A stretch of 63,331 nt of DNA, counting the filler, from Bacteroidales bacterium (GTDB lineage Bacteria; Bacteroidota; Bacteroidia; Bacteroidales; CAIWKO01): the NCBI GenBank assembly GCA_035389045.1. It is 5 parts of 5 records of this genome, joined end to end, with 100 filler letters (N's around TTAATTAATTAA, not from the genome) between each part and the next. Parts side by side here need not be neighbours in the genome. Positions count along the whole stretch, not along the records: positions 27,571 to 41,028 come from DAOORA010000094.1; 4 more parts are not named here. One strand, 5' to 3'. The notes beneath the pieces were generated by a model. The model saw only the letters and a list, made by a program, of their open reading frames with translations. It was not told where the DNA came from and ran no database searches. Below are positions 27,818 to 38,781 of the stretch, in pieces (the first letter of the stretch is position 1; the number at the start of each line of letters is the position of its first letter). A program made the position numbers and the translations under genes.

Positions 27818-29137
27818 ATGATGAAAAAATACCTGATACAGTTCATAATTATCATTACAACACTTTCGCTCATAGGAATTGTATTAACACAAATATTATG
27901 GGTTAATCGTGCCATAGAACTTCGTACCAGGCAATTTAACTATATGGTTCAGAGTAGTTTGTCGAAAATTGAGTCTGAAATTTGTGCGTATAAAGAAAAT
28001 ATTCAAAAAAAGCTCGGTGATTCCGTTACCGAAAATGATTCGGCGTTGGTCAGATGGTATAATTACGGACTTTGTCCGGTGATTGATACCATGATGAACA
28101 ATGAATTCGGTAAATTCCAGCCTCCGATAGAATTTGCCTATGCAGTTATAGACACAGGCAGCCAGGAATTGTTATGCGGAAATTATACCATAAATAATTC
28201 AAAGGATGTCCTTGAATCTCCTCATGCTATATCGTTATCGCGCCTGAATGATAAAAATTCTTATACTATTGCAGTATATTTTGAAAATGAAAGGCATATC
28301 ATCCTCCGAAAAATGTTTGTATGGCTGCTGATACTTTCCGGAACTTTTCTTCTGATCGTTATTTCCTGTTTTCTATATATCATTTTCTCGCTGGTGCGTC
28401 AGAGAAAAATTTCGGAAATGAAAAATGATTTTATCAATAATATGACGCATGAACTAAAAACGCCTATTTCTACCATATCAGTGGCTTCCGAAATGCTTAT
28501 GAAGCCCATGGTATCGGAAAATTGTGAGAAAACACGGAAATACGCCAACATTATTTTTGACGAAAATATGCGTCTGCGTAATCAGGTTGAACAGGTTTTG
28601 CAAATGTCTGTTCTGGACAGCAATCAGTTTCATCTGAATCTTGTACCGGTTAATGTACATAAGGTTATCGAAAACTCTGTTGACATCTATAATCTGATCA
28701 TCAAAGAAAAAGGTGGCGTTATCACTACGGAACTGAATGCCTCGCAAACTGTTATCAAAGCCGACGAATTGCATTTTATCAATGTCTTTACCAATCTGAT
28801 CGACAATGCAATTAAATATTCTTTGGATGCACCCGAAATAAAAATCACCACCTATAATAACGATCAGGGAATTGTTATTTTGATCGAAGACCATGGGGTG
28901 GGCATCAGTGCCAACGACCAGAAACTGATATTTAAGAAGTTTTACCGTGTGCATACGGGTAATATTCATAATGTTAAAGGTTTTGGACTTGGCTTATATT
29001 ATATTAAATCCGTGGTGGAAGCTCACCAGGGAAAAATCAGCATATTAAGAAGCGAGCTCAACAAAGGCTCGGTATTTGAATTATTTTTTCCATATAATTT
29101 TAATAAAATACACACCAATGAACACAACAGTGAATGA
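27818..29137 (+). CDS. rprX: Sensor histidine kinase (RprX-like)
   Basis: Two TM helices, FINNMTHELKTP H-box, NLIDNAIKY, GFGLGL; TATATTTG box at 27809. Confidence 0.85.
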   Translation: MMKKYLIQFIIIITTLSLIGIVLTQILWVNRAIELRTRQFNYMVQSSLSKIESEICAYKENIQKKLGDSVTENDSALVRWYNYGLCPVIDTMMNNEFGKFQPPIEFAYAVIDTGSQELLCGNYTINNSKDVLESPHAISLSRLNDKNSYTIAVYFENERHIILRKMFVWLLILSGTFLLIVISCFLYIIFSLVRQRKISEMKNDFINNMTHELKTPISTISVASEMLMKPMVSENCEKTRKYANIIFDENMRLRNQVEQVLQMSVLDSNQFHLNLVPVNVHKVIENSVDIYNLIIKEKGGVITTELNASQTVIKADELHFINVFTNLIDNAIKYSLDAPEIKITTYNNDQGIVILIEDHGVGISANDQKLIFKKFYRVHTGNIHNVKGFGLGLYYIKSVVEAHQGKISILRSELNKGSVFELFFPYNFNKIHTNEHNSE

Positions 29138-29864
29138 CAACAGCAAAACAAAGATTCTGGTTGTTGAAGACGATCCCAACCTCAGCCTGGTTTTAAAGGA
29201 TTATCTTGAAATACTAATGTACGAAACGGTTTTTACCGATAATGGTGAAGATGCGCTGGAATTGTTCCATTCTGATCGTTTCGATCTTATCATTTTGGAC
29301 GTGATGCTCCCCAAAAAGGATGGTTTCACTGTGGCCAAAGAAATAAGAAAAACAAACAAGGAAATTCCTTTTATTTTCCTCACGGCCAAGAACCTTAAGG
29401 AGGACCGTATCAAAGGATTCCAGCTCGGATGTGATGATTATATCACCAAGCCTTTCAGTACCGAAGAACTGAGCCTGAGGATTGAAGCGATAATAAGGCG
29501 GGCCGTGAAAAAATCACAATTCCCGCTGATCGACAATATGGAGATATACACCCTGAACACCTTCACTTTTGATTACACCAACATGATCCTGAAGTCACCT
29601 TCCGGAGAGCAATATCTTACCCGAAAGGAAGCCGATCTGCTGAAACTTTTGTGTGTAAACAAAAACAGGCTTGTTCACCGGGAAATAGCCCTGAAATCTA
29701 TCTGGGGAGACAGCGACTATTTTTCCGGGCGGAGCATGGATGTCTTTATAACACGTTTGAGGAAATACCTGAAAGAGGACGAGAAGATTTGTATCGCCAA
29801 CGTACATGGCACGGGATTTAAACTCGAAGTGGATGAGGATGTCCCGGAAACACCCCGGGAATAA
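29118..29864 (+). CDS. rprY: OmpR-family response regulator (RprY-like)
   Basis: ILVVEDD, LDVMLPKKDGF, DDYITKPF, RSMDVFITRLRK. Confidence 0.88.
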   Translation: MNTTVNDNSKTKILVVEDDPNLSLVLKDYLEILMYETVFTDNGEDALELFHSDRFDLIILDVMLPKKDGFTVAKEIRKTNKEIPFIFLTAKNLKEDRIKGFQLGCDDYITKPFSTEELSLRIEAIIRRAVKKSQFPLIDNMEIYTLNTFTFDYTNMILKSPSGEQYLTRKEADLLKLLCVNKNRLVHREIALKSIWGDSDYFSGRSMDVFITRLRKYLKEDEKICIANVHGTGFKLEVDEDVPETPRE

Positions 29865-30008
29865 ACCCGTTTTCAGAATCATACCTTCCTGTTTTCACAC
29901 AGCTCCCTGTTGACAACATCATCAGAAATTGTTTTCAGGGCATCGCCTTTGTTGTATTTTTGTCTGGTGTAAAAAGGACAACAGTATAATAAAGAATCAT
30001 AAAAAGTG

Positions 30009-31343
30009 ATGGAAAAAGCAGCGTCAGCACTGAGCAGGAAAAACTATCTTTTGTCAATTACCGTTATCGGTATATTATTTTTCATTTTTGGTTTTGTAAC
30101 CTGGCTTAACGGGGCGCTGATACCCTTTTTGAGAACAGCCTGTGAACTAACCGAGTTGATGGCTTATCTGGTTACTTTCGCCTTTTATATCTCGTATTTT
30201 GTTATGGCCATTCCTTCGTCAAAGATCATTGAACGTTTCGGATTCAGGAACGGTATGACCATTGGTTTATCTGTAATGGCAGCGGGCGCACTGATATTTA
30301 TTCCTGCCGCTTTAACACGTTCGTATTCATTATTTCTGGCGGGGCTCTTTATTCTGGGTACAGGACTGGCATTGTTACAAACGGCTGTAAATCCATACGT
30401 GACGATCATCGGGCCTATGGAAAGCGCTGCCAAAAGGATCAGTATAATGGGTATCTGCAATAAAGCGGCAGGCGTGCTTGCCCCTGTAATGCTGGCTACT
30501 TTTCTTCTGAAAGATGCGGAACAAATAAAGCTCCGGCTGTCAGAGATTACAGATATTGCTCAGAGGGCCACATTGCTTGATGAACTTGCCCGGCGCATGA
30601 TTATGCCTTATTTGTTCATGACATTTTTTTTAGCAGTGATGGTAATCCTTGTTCGTTATGCCCGACTTCCGGAGATAAAACCTGAAGCGGACAATAGCGA
30701 AGAGGGAAAGGCAGGCCGTCAGCATATCTTCAGACACCGTAATCTGATATTAGGTGTGGTTGCTCTGTTTTTTTATGTAGGGGTGGAGGTAATTTCCGGA
30801 GATACCATTATCCGCTATGGAGAATCGCTTAACATTGCCATGAGTTCTGCCAAGTATTTCACCTCGCTCATGCTGGTTTTTATGGTGATCGGATATTTTT
30901 TCGGCGTAGCTTTGATCCCCAGGGTTATCTCGCAAAAAAATGCACTGGCTGCGTGTGCATCGCTTGGAATTATACTTGCGATTGCCGCTGTTTCAGTGCC
31001 ACAGACTTCAATAATAAATTTGCCTTTTCTGGATTTGGTAAGTTTTAAACCAGTAACACTGACAATTCCCTGGACGGTGCTGTTTGTTGCTATGCTGGGA
31101 TTAGCGAATTCGCTGGTATGGCCGGCCATCTGGCCGCTTGCGCTGGCAGGGGCGGGAAAATACACAAAAACCGGTTCTGCCTTACTTATTATGGCTATTG
31201 CCGGTGGAGCAACACTTCCGCTTGTATACGGATGGCTGACACAGCTGTTGCAAAGTACGCAACAGGCCTATTGGATCGCGGTGCCCTGTTACCTGATAAT
31301 ACTGTTTTATGCTGTGTGGGGTTATCGGATTAAAAAAACCTGA
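30009..31343 (+). CDS. gluP: Glucose/galactose MFS transporter (FHS family)
   Basis: LFFIFGFVTWLNG, LQTAVNPY, FFYVGVEV, MAIAGGA. Confidence 0.85.
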   Translation: MEKAASALSRKNYLLSITVIGILFFIFGFVTWLNGALIPFLRTACELTELMAYLVTFAFYISYFVMAIPSSKIIERFGFRNGMTIGLSVMAAGALIFIPAALTRSYSLFLAGLFILGTGLALLQTAVNPYVTIIGPMESAAKRISIMGICNKAAGVLAPVMLATFLLKDAEQIKLRLSEITDIAQRATLLDELARRMIMPYLFMTFFLAVMVILVRYARLPEIKPEADNSEEGKAGRQHIFRHRNLILGVVALFFYVGVEVISGDTIIRYGESLNIAMSSAKYFTSLMLVFMVIGYFFGVALIPRVISQKNALAACASLGIILAIAAVSVPQTSIINLPFLDLVSFKPVTLTIPWTVLFVAMLGLANSLVWPAIWPLALAGAGKYTKTGSALLIMAIAGGATLPLVYGWLTQLLQSTQQAYWIAVPCYLIILFYAVWGYRIKKT

Positions 31344-31394
31344 CTTTTATATCTGGTAAAAATTTATATCTTTGTAAAACAATAAATGTAAACG

Positions 31395-32144
31395 ATGTCG
31401 CTACTGGTTTTTTCAATTCTGTTCTTTCCTGTGATGCTCAGCGGGCTTACTGTATACCTGATGAAGCCGCGGCAGGCTTATCTGCAGCTTTTTACGGCTT
31501 TTAGCGGAGCCTACCTGCTTGGTATCAGTTTTCTGGAAATAATCCCTGAAATATACAGTGCCGGTGAATCACTGACCATTGGATTATTTGTCCTTATTGG
31601 CTTTTTTATCCAGCTTATGCTGGACTTTATCACCAGGGGAGTAGAACACGGGCACGAACATCTGGAAGAAAAAACTATTGTGCACCGTAAGGGATACCTG
31701 AATACATGGCCTATTATGATAGGTCTGTGCATCCATTCATTTCTGGAGGGTATGCCCCTGGCAGAAAACAATGCTTTACAGGAGCTGAAAACAACCATGC
31801 TGACCGGAATCGCAATACATAATATTCCGATATCGGTTGTTTTGATGAGCCTGCTCTGTTATAACTGTAAGAAAATAAAATGGATGCCGGTGGTATTGTT
31901 GCTTATTTTTGCCTTTTCTGCGCCTTTGGGAACCCTTATCAGTAATTATACCGGGGCAATGCTGATCACCAGATATTCAAATTTCTTTAATTACATCCTT
32001 GCTGTTGTGGTGGGTATTTTTCTTCATATTTCAACGACAATTCTTTTTGAAAATGATGAACATCATTCTTTCAATTTCCGCAAACTGGCTGTCATACTTC
32101 TGGGCTTTGGGACCACGATCGTACTTTCTTTGGCTATTCATTGA
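31395..32144 (+). CDS. ZIP-family metal transporter
   Basis: GVEHGHEH, IHSFLEGMP, IHNIP, LHISTTILFE. Confidence 0.88.
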   Translation: MSLLVFSILFFPVMLSGLTVYLMKPRQAYLQLFTAFSGAYLLGISFLEIIPEIYSAGESLTIGLFVLIGFFIQLMLDFITRGVEHGHEHLEEKTIVHRKGYLNTWPIMIGLCIHSFLEGMPLAENNALQELKTTMLTGIAIHNIPISVVLMSLLCYNCKKIKWMPVVLLLIFAFSAPLGTLISNYTGAMLITRYSNFFNYILAVVVGIFLHISTTILFENDEHHSFNFRKLAVILLGFGTTIVLSLAIH

Positions 32145-32173
32145 TAAGGTGCAGGTGGCAGCCAGCAAAAGGG

Positions 32174-32944
32174 CTATTCTGTAAGTTTTGCCTCATTCCA
32201 GAAAACATCCATTTCTTCAAGTGACAAATCCTGTATTTTCCGGTTCCGTTCTTTTGCTTTTTTTTCGATAAATGCAAACCGTTTCTGGAACTTAATATTG
32301 GTTTTTTCCAAAGCATCTTCAGGATTCACATTTATAAAACGGGCATAGTTGATCAGTGCAAAAAACAGATCACCGAATTCCTCCTCAATTTTTGCGTTTT
32401 CTGTCTTTTTTTCCACTTCGTCTTTTAATTCATTAAGTTCTTCCAGCACTTTTTCAAAAACCTGGCTTCGTTTTTCCCAATCGAACCCTACACCGCTGAC
32501 TTTTTCCTGCATCCGGTAGGCTTTGACCATGGCGGGAAGCGATCCCGGGACACCGGCCAGAACCGACCGTTCGCCGGTTTTTAATTTTATTTTTTCCCAG
32601 TTGCTTTTTACATCTCCGGCGCCGGAGACCTTCACATCAGCGTATATATGAGGATGGCGTACAATAAGTTTTTCACATATGCCATTCAGCACATCTGTAA
32701 TGGAAAAGGCTTTATTTTCGGAAGCAATTTTTGAATAAAAAACAATATGCAACATCAGGTCGCCAAGCTCCTTACACACATTATCCATTTCCCTGTGCAT
32801 AATGGCGTCTGACAATTCATAAGTTTCTTCTATGGTCAGGTATCTCAGCGATTCGATGGTCTGCGATTTGTCCCAGGGGCATCTGGCCCGCAGTTCATCC
32901 ATAATGTCCAGCAGTCGTTCAAAAGCTTTTAATTCGTCTCTCAT
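32174..32944 (-). CDS. mazG: Nucleoside triphosphate pyrophosphohydrolase MazG
   Basis: CPWD, EETYEL, ELGDL, EEFGDLFF tandem MazG domains. Confidence 0.95.
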   Translation of the reverse strand: MRDELKAFERLLDIMDELRARCPWDKSQTIESLRYLTIEETYELSDAIMHREMDNVCKELGDLMLHIVFYSKIASENKAFSITDVLNGICEKLIVRHPHIYADVKVSGAGDVKSNWEKIKLKTGERSVLAGVPGSLPAMVKAYRMQEKVSGVGFDWEKRSQVFEKVLEELNELKDEVEKKTENAKIEEEFGDLFFALINYARFINVNPEDALEKTNIKFQKRFAFIEKKAKERNRKIQDLSLEEMDVFWNEAKLTE

Positions 32945-32960
32945 CTCGGGATAGTTTTTG

Positions 32961-32991
32961 CAAAAGTAATCAATTCTAATTTTTATCTTTG
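32961..32991. promoter_or_regulatory. Back-to-back -7 boxes for mazG and the divergent gene
   Basis: TACTTTTG on the minus strand (32961-32968) and TATCTTTG on the plus strand (32984-32991). Confidence 0.55.
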
Positions 32992-33015
32992 TAATGTTTC
33001 GACAGGAATACTATT

Positions 33016-34113
33016 TTGAAAAGAATAATACTTATATCATTCTGTTGTGTGTTCTTTTTCTTTGCTGCTTCTGCCCAGCAACATAAAGGTCACAGCATGA
33101 ATCTGCGTTTAGATGCCCTGACGCATTACGGATTTATTATTCCGCACCATAAAACTATGCAGCATCTGGCGCAAAGCCATTTTTTATGTTATGAAGTCAA
33201 CCTGTCGGAACAAACCCATGGCAGACAGCTCTGGGAGCAATTGTTCAAATACCCGTTAAAAGGAATAGGGCTTTTTTATACCCCGCTTGGAAATACCCGG
33301 ACTTTAGGACAAGCCGTGGCTGTTTATCCATATCTGAATTTTTGTCTGACAAAAGGAAAAAAAATAAACCTGTATTTTCGGGTTGCCATGGGGCTGGGAT
33401 ATCTGACAAAAAAATTTGATTCGGAAACCAATTATAAAAACATTGCCATCGGGACACACCTGAATGCCTTTATCCAGCTTAAGTATGAGCTAAGATGGAA
33501 TATAACTGACCGGTTCGGACTTTCAGCAGGGATTTCCTTGTCGCATTTTTCCAATGGCGCAATCAAGGTTCCCAATCTGGGCATTAATGTCCCGACTTTG
33601 AATATGGGATTATCCTATAAATTATTCAAAGACACTCCGGAGTCAATCAGTAATGTTGCCCCCTTAGCTGATAAAAAATGGCAATACTCTGTTTTGGGCA
33701 GGTTCGGTGTTAACGAGCTTTATGGCGCTGGAGGAAGAAAGTATCCGTATTATTGTCTGACCGGCTATTTTATGAAACCATTAAGCATGAAAAGGCAGAT
33801 TGGTGCGGGTATAGACATTTATTACAGCGAATCTGTCGTTGAAATGATGCACCGACGCAACATACCAATGAATAGCAAGCTGGAAGCCATAAGGCCGGGA
33901 CTGAGTTTTGTTTATATGATGAATTTTTCAAGGCTTTCATTTATAACCCAACTCGGCGCCTACATATATAACAAAGAGAAAAGTGATGGTTATATCTTTG
34001 ACAGGGTAGCCCTGCAATATACTGTTAAAGATCATTATCTATTTCAGATAGGGCTAAAAACACATCTTGCCAGGGCTGAAGTGCTGGAAATGGGTATAGG
34101 GTATCGGTTCTGA
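33016..34113 (+). CDS. Acyloxyacyl hydrolase / PagL-like outer-membrane beta-barrel
   Basis: Signal peptide, HFSNG...PNLGIN PagL-type motif, terminal GYRF. Confidence 0.8.
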   Translation: MKRIILISFCCVFFFFAASAQQHKGHSMNLRLDALTHYGFIIPHHKTMQHLAQSHFLCYEVNLSEQTHGRQLWEQLFKYPLKGIGLFYTPLGNTRTLGQAVAVYPYLNFCLTKGKKINLYFRVAMGLGYLTKKFDSETNYKNIAIGTHLNAFIQLKYELRWNITDRFGLSAGISLSHFSNGAIKVPNLGINVPTLNMGLSYKLFKDTPESISNVAPLADKKWQYSVLGRFGVNELYGAGGRKYPYYCLTGYFMKPLSMKRQIGAGIDIYYSESVVEMMHRRNIPMNSKLEAIRPGLSFVYMMNFSRLSFITQLGAYIYNKEKSDGYIFDRVALQYTVKDHYLFQIGLKTHLARAEVLEMGIGYRF

Positions 34114-34539
34114 TTATTTGCTGTAATCCTCTTTGTTGATCAGGTTGCCCTGTTCATCCCAGAATTTCCAGATGCCTTTTTGCTCTCCCTTTGAGTAATC
34201 GCCCTGATAACGTTTTTTGCCGTTTTCGTAAAACACGGTCATTTCACCATCATCCACACCATCGTTAAAGTGATGAATACTCATTTCATTACCATTCTGA
34301 TACCAGCTTGTCCATTTCCCGTTTCTTTTCCCATTGCGGTATTCTCCCTCCATATATTTCTGATGATTAGGATAATAGAGTGTTTCTTTGAATAATACAC
34401 GCTTATTACCATCATCTTTATAAAAGCGAATGACCTTGGGTGTTCCGTCAGGATAAGTTTCGACGGTTTCTTCTACAATACGGGTACTGCAACTGAATAA
34501 AAAAACGAATAAAAACAACCATAAAATCCTGATTTTCAT
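34114..34539 (-). CDS. MORN-variant (YwqK-like) repeat lipoprotein
   Basis: Lipobox LFSC; repeats YYPN, WYQNG, FYENG. Confidence 0.8.
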   Translation of the reverse strand: MKIRILWLFLFVFLFSCSTRIVEETVETYPDGTPKVIRFYKDDGNKRVLFKETLYYPNHQKYMEGEYRNGKRNGKWTSWYQNGNEMSIHHFNDGVDDGEMTVFYENGKKRYQGDYSKGEQKGIWKFWDEQGNLINKEDYSK

Positions 34540-34551
34540 GCTACCGGTATT

Positions 34552-35271
34552 TTATTTTGTTGTTTCTTTTTCCTTTTCTTTTGCTTCCAGTATCACTTCA
34601 TATTCTTTGTTCAGGCTTGTAAGAATATCATTGGTAATATCGAATGCCTCATTTACAAATAACAATCCGCCACCATAGGATTTTTCAAAAATGAAAGTGT
34701 AATTCTTGTTTTTATTATACCGGGCAATATTATTGACAATGGTGTCGTGTACCTCCATGTTCCGTTTCAGTTTTTCTTCCTGCAACTGCACTGACAGTTT
34801 TGCTTCAAGTTCCTGTATGGATTGTTGTTTCAGCGCCAGTTTTTCTTCCGTTTTCTTTTGTTGTTCTAAGGTTAAAAGATTTGCTGTTGCTCTTTTGATA
34901 TAGTCATTGTATTCTTTTTCAAATGCCTTTGCACTTGATACATATTGATTCTGTAGTTCTTTTTCATAATTTGCCAGGTCCACCTGAACATCAAGGACAA
35001 AATCGTAATGTTCCATAATAGTGTCGGTATTAACGTAAGCAAAGGTTATTTTATCGGTAGTTCTGGGAGTTGTATTATCTGTTGTGTTTTTCTGTGGTAG
35101 AAAATACAAGACAAACAAAACTATGGTGCCGATCAAAGCCAATATACTTATGATGGTTGAAAAACAATGTTTTTTATCCCTGCATTTTTCCGGCGTTTCT
35201 TTAGTTTCAGCAGTTTCAGTGGTTATAAAAGGGTTTTCATCCTTAACTTCCTTTAATGGTTCTTCATTCAT
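34552..35271 (-). CDS. OmpH/Skp-family chaperone
   Basis: FAYVNTDTIMEHY, coiled coil, DITNDIL. Confidence 0.85.
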   Translation of the reverse strand: MNEEPLKEVKDENPFITTETAETKETPEKCRDKKHCFSTIISILALIGTIVLFVLYFLPQKNTTDNTTPRTTDKITFAYVNTDTIMEHYDFVLDVQVDLANYEKELQNQYVSSAKAFEKEYNDYIKRATANLLTLEQQKKTEEKLALKQQSIQELEAKLSVQLQEEKLKRNMEVHDTIVNNIARYNKNKNYTFIFEKSYGGGLLFVNEAFDITNDILTSLNKEYEVILEAKEKEKETTK

Positions 35272-35290
35272 TACGATATGGTTTAAATTG

Positions 35291-37486
35291 TTAATTTCCT
35301 ACTTCTGATAAGAACTTCAGGCGGACAAGCCGTATCTCTTCTTCTGAGAATTCTTCTTCGCCAAGTTCTTCTAAAGCATCTTCGATAGAATCCGTTTCTG
35401 CCTCATAAAAATAATTGAAAATTTCTTCCTGGTGATAAGGTTCTACATATTCTTCGATGTAGTAATTAATATCCAGTTTGGTGCCCGAGGCAACAATACT
35501 TTCCAGTTCCATCAGGAGTTCATCAATGGTCAGATTTTTGGCGTTGGCGATATCTTCAAGGGGTATCTTCCGGTCGATATTCTGAATGATGTAAACTTTC
35601 AGTCCGGATTTGTTTACCACGGATTTGACCACCATGTCCATGGGGCGGACGATTTCATTTTCTTCTACATATTTTGCGATCAGATCCAAAAATGGCTTGC
35701 CGTATTTTTGTGCTTTTCCGGAGCCCACACCAGTTATTTGAAGGAGTTCCTCCATTTTTACAGGATACTGTATCGCCATGTCTTCGAGCGAGGGGTCCTG
35801 AAAAATAACAAACGGAGGTAGGTCTTCCTTTCGTGAGAGCTGTTTTCTCAGATCTTTCAGCAAGGAGAACAAGGTCTGGTCAGCCGTGCTGGTTTTTCCT
35901 CCGCCGGCAAAGAACTCAACATCTTCCTGATTGTCGTAATCATGATCCTGAGTAAGCATGATGGTTGTCGGTTCATCAAGAAATTTCTTTCCTTCTTTGG
36001 TCAGTTTCAGAATGCCATAATTTTCTATATCTTTTGTAAGCAAACGGTTGACCAACGTCTGACGTATGACCGCATTCCAGAACTTCTCATCATGATCGGC
36101 TCCTTTGCCAAATACGTTAAGTTTGTTGTGTTTGAACGATTTGATCGTTGTTGAAGTTTTTCCGATGATCACATTGATCAGGTGCGCGGCCTTACATTGT
36201 TCTTTGGTTTCCTGAACAGCGTCGAGTACGATTTCGACATATTCGGTGCCGTCAAATTTTGTTTTGGGATGAAGGCAGTTGTCGCAGCACTGGCAGTTTT
36301 CTTCATTAAAGATCTCTCCGAAATAATGGAGCAGTAATTTTCGCCGGCACACCGAAGACTCGGCGTATGCAATGGTTTCAAGCAGGAGCTGTTTGGCGAT
36401 TTCCTGTTCGTTAACCGATTTTTTTGAGGTGAATTTTTCCAGTTTCTGAATATCCTCATAGGCGTAGAAGGCTATGCAGTTTCCTTCGCCGTCATCACGA
36501 CCGGAACGCCCGGTTTCCTGGTAATAACCTTCAAGGCTTTTGGGCATATCATTATGGATAACAAACCGCACATCCGGTTTGTCAATACCCATGCCGAAGG
36601 CTATGGTTGCCACAATAACATCCACTTCTTCCATCAGGAATTTATCCTGGTTGGCTTTGCGAACTTCCGACTCCAGCCCGGCATGATACGGCAGGGCTTT
36701 AATGCCATTAACCACAAGGGTTTCAGCCAGTTCTTCCACTTTTTTTCTGCTGAGACAATAAATTATTCCGGATTTTCCGCTGTTGCTTTTGATAAACTTT
36801 ATTATATCCCGTTGAACGTCTTTGGTTTTTGCACGTACTTCGTAATAAAGGTTCGGGCGATTGAATGAGGATTTGTACAAGTCGGCATTCATCATGCCGA
36901 GATTTTTTTGTATGTCGTGCTGTACCTTAGGTGTGGCGGTCGCCGTAAGCGCCATTACGGCGACTTTTTTGCCGATAGCCTTTACGGTTGGCCTTATATT
37001 TCGGTATTCCGGACGAAAATCATGTCCCCATTCAGAGATACAATGTGCTTCGTCGATGGCATAAAAAGAAATTTTAAATTGTTTGAAAAATTCAATATTG
37101 TCCTTTTTTGTAAGTGTTTCAGGTGCAACATAAAGCAGTTTTGTTTTTCCGGCCAGCAGATCAGCTTTTACTTCAGCCATTTCCTGCTTGGAAAGCGATG
37201 AGTTTAAAAAATTTGCAATTCCTTTATCCACACCAAAATTCCGGATATTATCCACCTGGTTCTTCATGAGTGAAATAAGGGGCGAAATAATGATTGCCGT
37301 ACCCTCACTGATCAAGGCGGGAAGCTGATATGTGAGCGATTTTCCGCCACCGGTAGGCATAATCACAAAAGTATCTTTTCCGGAAAGCACACTTTTGATG
37401 ATCGCCTCCTGGTTCCCCTTGAAAGTATCGAAACCAAAAAATTCCTTTAAAACTTTATGCAGTGCAACATCTTCTTTTCCTTTCAT
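35291..37486 (-). CDS. recQ: ATP-dependent DNA helicase RecQ
   Basis: MPTGGGKS, DEAHCISEWGHDFRPEY, QETGRSGRD, RQC and HRDC domains. Confidence 0.97.
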   Translation of the reverse strand: MKGKEDVALHKVLKEFFGFDTFKGNQEAIIKSVLSGKDTFVIMPTGGGKSLTYQLPALISEGTAIIISPLISLMKNQVDNIRNFGVDKGIANFLNSSLSKQEMAEVKADLLAGKTKLLYVAPETLTKKDNIEFFKQFKISFYAIDEAHCISEWGHDFRPEYRNIRPTVKAIGKKVAVMALTATATPKVQHDIQKNLGMMNADLYKSSFNRPNLYYEVRAKTKDVQRDIIKFIKSNSGKSGIIYCLSRKKVEELAETLVVNGIKALPYHAGLESEVRKANQDKFLMEEVDVIVATIAFGMGIDKPDVRFVIHNDMPKSLEGYYQETGRSGRDDGEGNCIAFYAYEDIQKLEKFTSKKSVNEQEIAKQLLLETIAYAESSVCRRKLLLHYFGEIFNEENCQCCDNCLHPKTKFDGTEYVEIVLDAVQETKEQCKAAHLINVIIGKTSTTIKSFKHNKLNVFGKGADHDEKFWNAVIRQTLVNRLLTKDIENYGILKLTKEGKKFLDEPTTIMLTQDHDYDNQEDVEFFAGGGKTSTADQTLFSLLKDLRKQLSRKEDLPPFVIFQDPSLEDMAIQYPVKMEELLQITGVGSGKAQKYGKPFLDLIAKYVEENEIVRPMDMVVKSVVNKSGLKVYIIQNIDRKIPLEDIANAKNLTIDELLMELESIVASGTKLDINYYIEEYVEPYHQEEIFNYFYEAETDSIEDALEELGEEEFSEEEIRLVRLKFLSEVGN

Positions 37487-37754
37487 TTCTCATGAGTTTG
37501 TTTTGGTAAATATACTTACTTTTGATTTATAAAACAATATATTATCCAATTTTATTACGAAATTATAAAAATCTGTCATTAACAAAAAAATTTTTTTCTT
37601 CTTAATCATCATAATTAACAGTATTTAATACTCATTCCATGTTTATTTCAGCAAATTCATCCCAATGATCAGACAGATATTGCTAAAAATGAGTAGATAC
37701 GGGAAAAAATCTATCTTTTGTCCGCTTACAAATGTATAACTTTATGTGTATTTA

Positions 37755-38711
37755 TTATTCCATTTGTTTCAGGGACACGGAAGCCTCATTTTTTTCAATG
37801 GTTACAAAACCATATTGATCACAGTAGCTTTGCCCGATAGTAAGTATCCATTTGATAAATGAGGTAATGGCCCGATCATCAGGTGCCTTTTTGCAGGCCA
37901 TGTAGAATTTTCGTCCTGGTGGTGAAGGATATTTTCCGGAGGCAACCGCACTTTTCAAATCGCCGATTTTGTCAAAAACAAGCTCATTATCGTCGGTCTG
38001 GTTGTTTGAGTTAAGGTCGACAGGTAACACATAAAGGTTGCGTTTTTTTAAACCGGTATTTATATCATAGATGTCGGTGAAACTGCAATAGCCGATTGCG
38101 TTTTTATTGCCGGCCACCATCATGGGAATATCATTTTCATTAAAAACAAGGGTGCCTTTAAAATCAGAAGGTTTTACCTTAAGAAATTCTGCCCACATTG
38201 CTGAACTGCCTGAACTATCCGATAATTTAAATACCTCAATAGGATCGTTTGAACCGGCCTGCAATAGCTGCCTCCAGGTTTTTAGCTTTCCGGTGAAAGC
38301 TGCCGCAAGTTTTTCCTTCGTAATGCCCGACAGCACTATTTGTTGCAGATTATTGTTATCAAAACTGACTACGGGCAATACAGCATCTTTTGCTACCGGT
38401 GCAGTCCAAAAGCTTTCCCTGCCATCGTTTCCGGATAACACTGCTATTTGTATCTGGTTATTTTCAAGCATGTTCAGTATCTTGCCGGAGTTGACAGGGG
38501 TGATACCAATTTTTATTTTTGCATGATTTTTTACAAACTCCTGTTTCCATTTATTCAATAGGGGTAATATAGTTTCGGGACAGCCAATGATAAAACTTCC
38601 GCTTTGCCCAGAAACATCATTTTGTGCAACTTCATTAGTTTTCTTTGAACGGTCTGAGCCACATCCGCTAAGCGCCACCGCCAAGATGGCAAGAATCATA
38701 AACTTTTTCAT
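37755..38711 (-). CDS. PstS-like phosphate-binding lipoprotein
   Basis: Lipobox LSGC; VAKDAVLPVV, NAIGY, GKYPSPP; start moved to 38711. Confidence 0.75.
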   Translation of the reverse strand: MKKFMILAILAVALSGCGSDRSKKTNEVAQNDVSGQSGSFIIGCPETILPLLNKWKQEFVKNHAKIKIGITPVNSGKILNMLENNQIQIAVLSGNDGRESFWTAPVAKDAVLPVVSFDNNNLQQIVLSGITKEKLAAAFTGKLKTWRQLLQAGSNDPIEVFKLSDSSGSSAMWAEFLKVKPSDFKGTLVFNENDIPMMVAGNKNAIGYCSFTDIYDINTGLKKRNLYVLPVDLNSNNQTDDNELVFDKIGDLKSAVASGKYPSPPGRKFYMACKKAPDDRAITSFIKWILTIGQSYCDQYGFVTIEKNEASVSLKQME

Positions 38712-38781
38712 CAGAATTTTTTTCAAAAATACATTTTTTGTCATTATTAATCATGTTAAGAGATTAATGGCTAAAATTTAA

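Noticed and set aside
34114..34539. YwqK toxin-antitoxin module
   Set aside because: It is a MORN-variant lipoprotein in a housekeeping context with no adjacent toxin.
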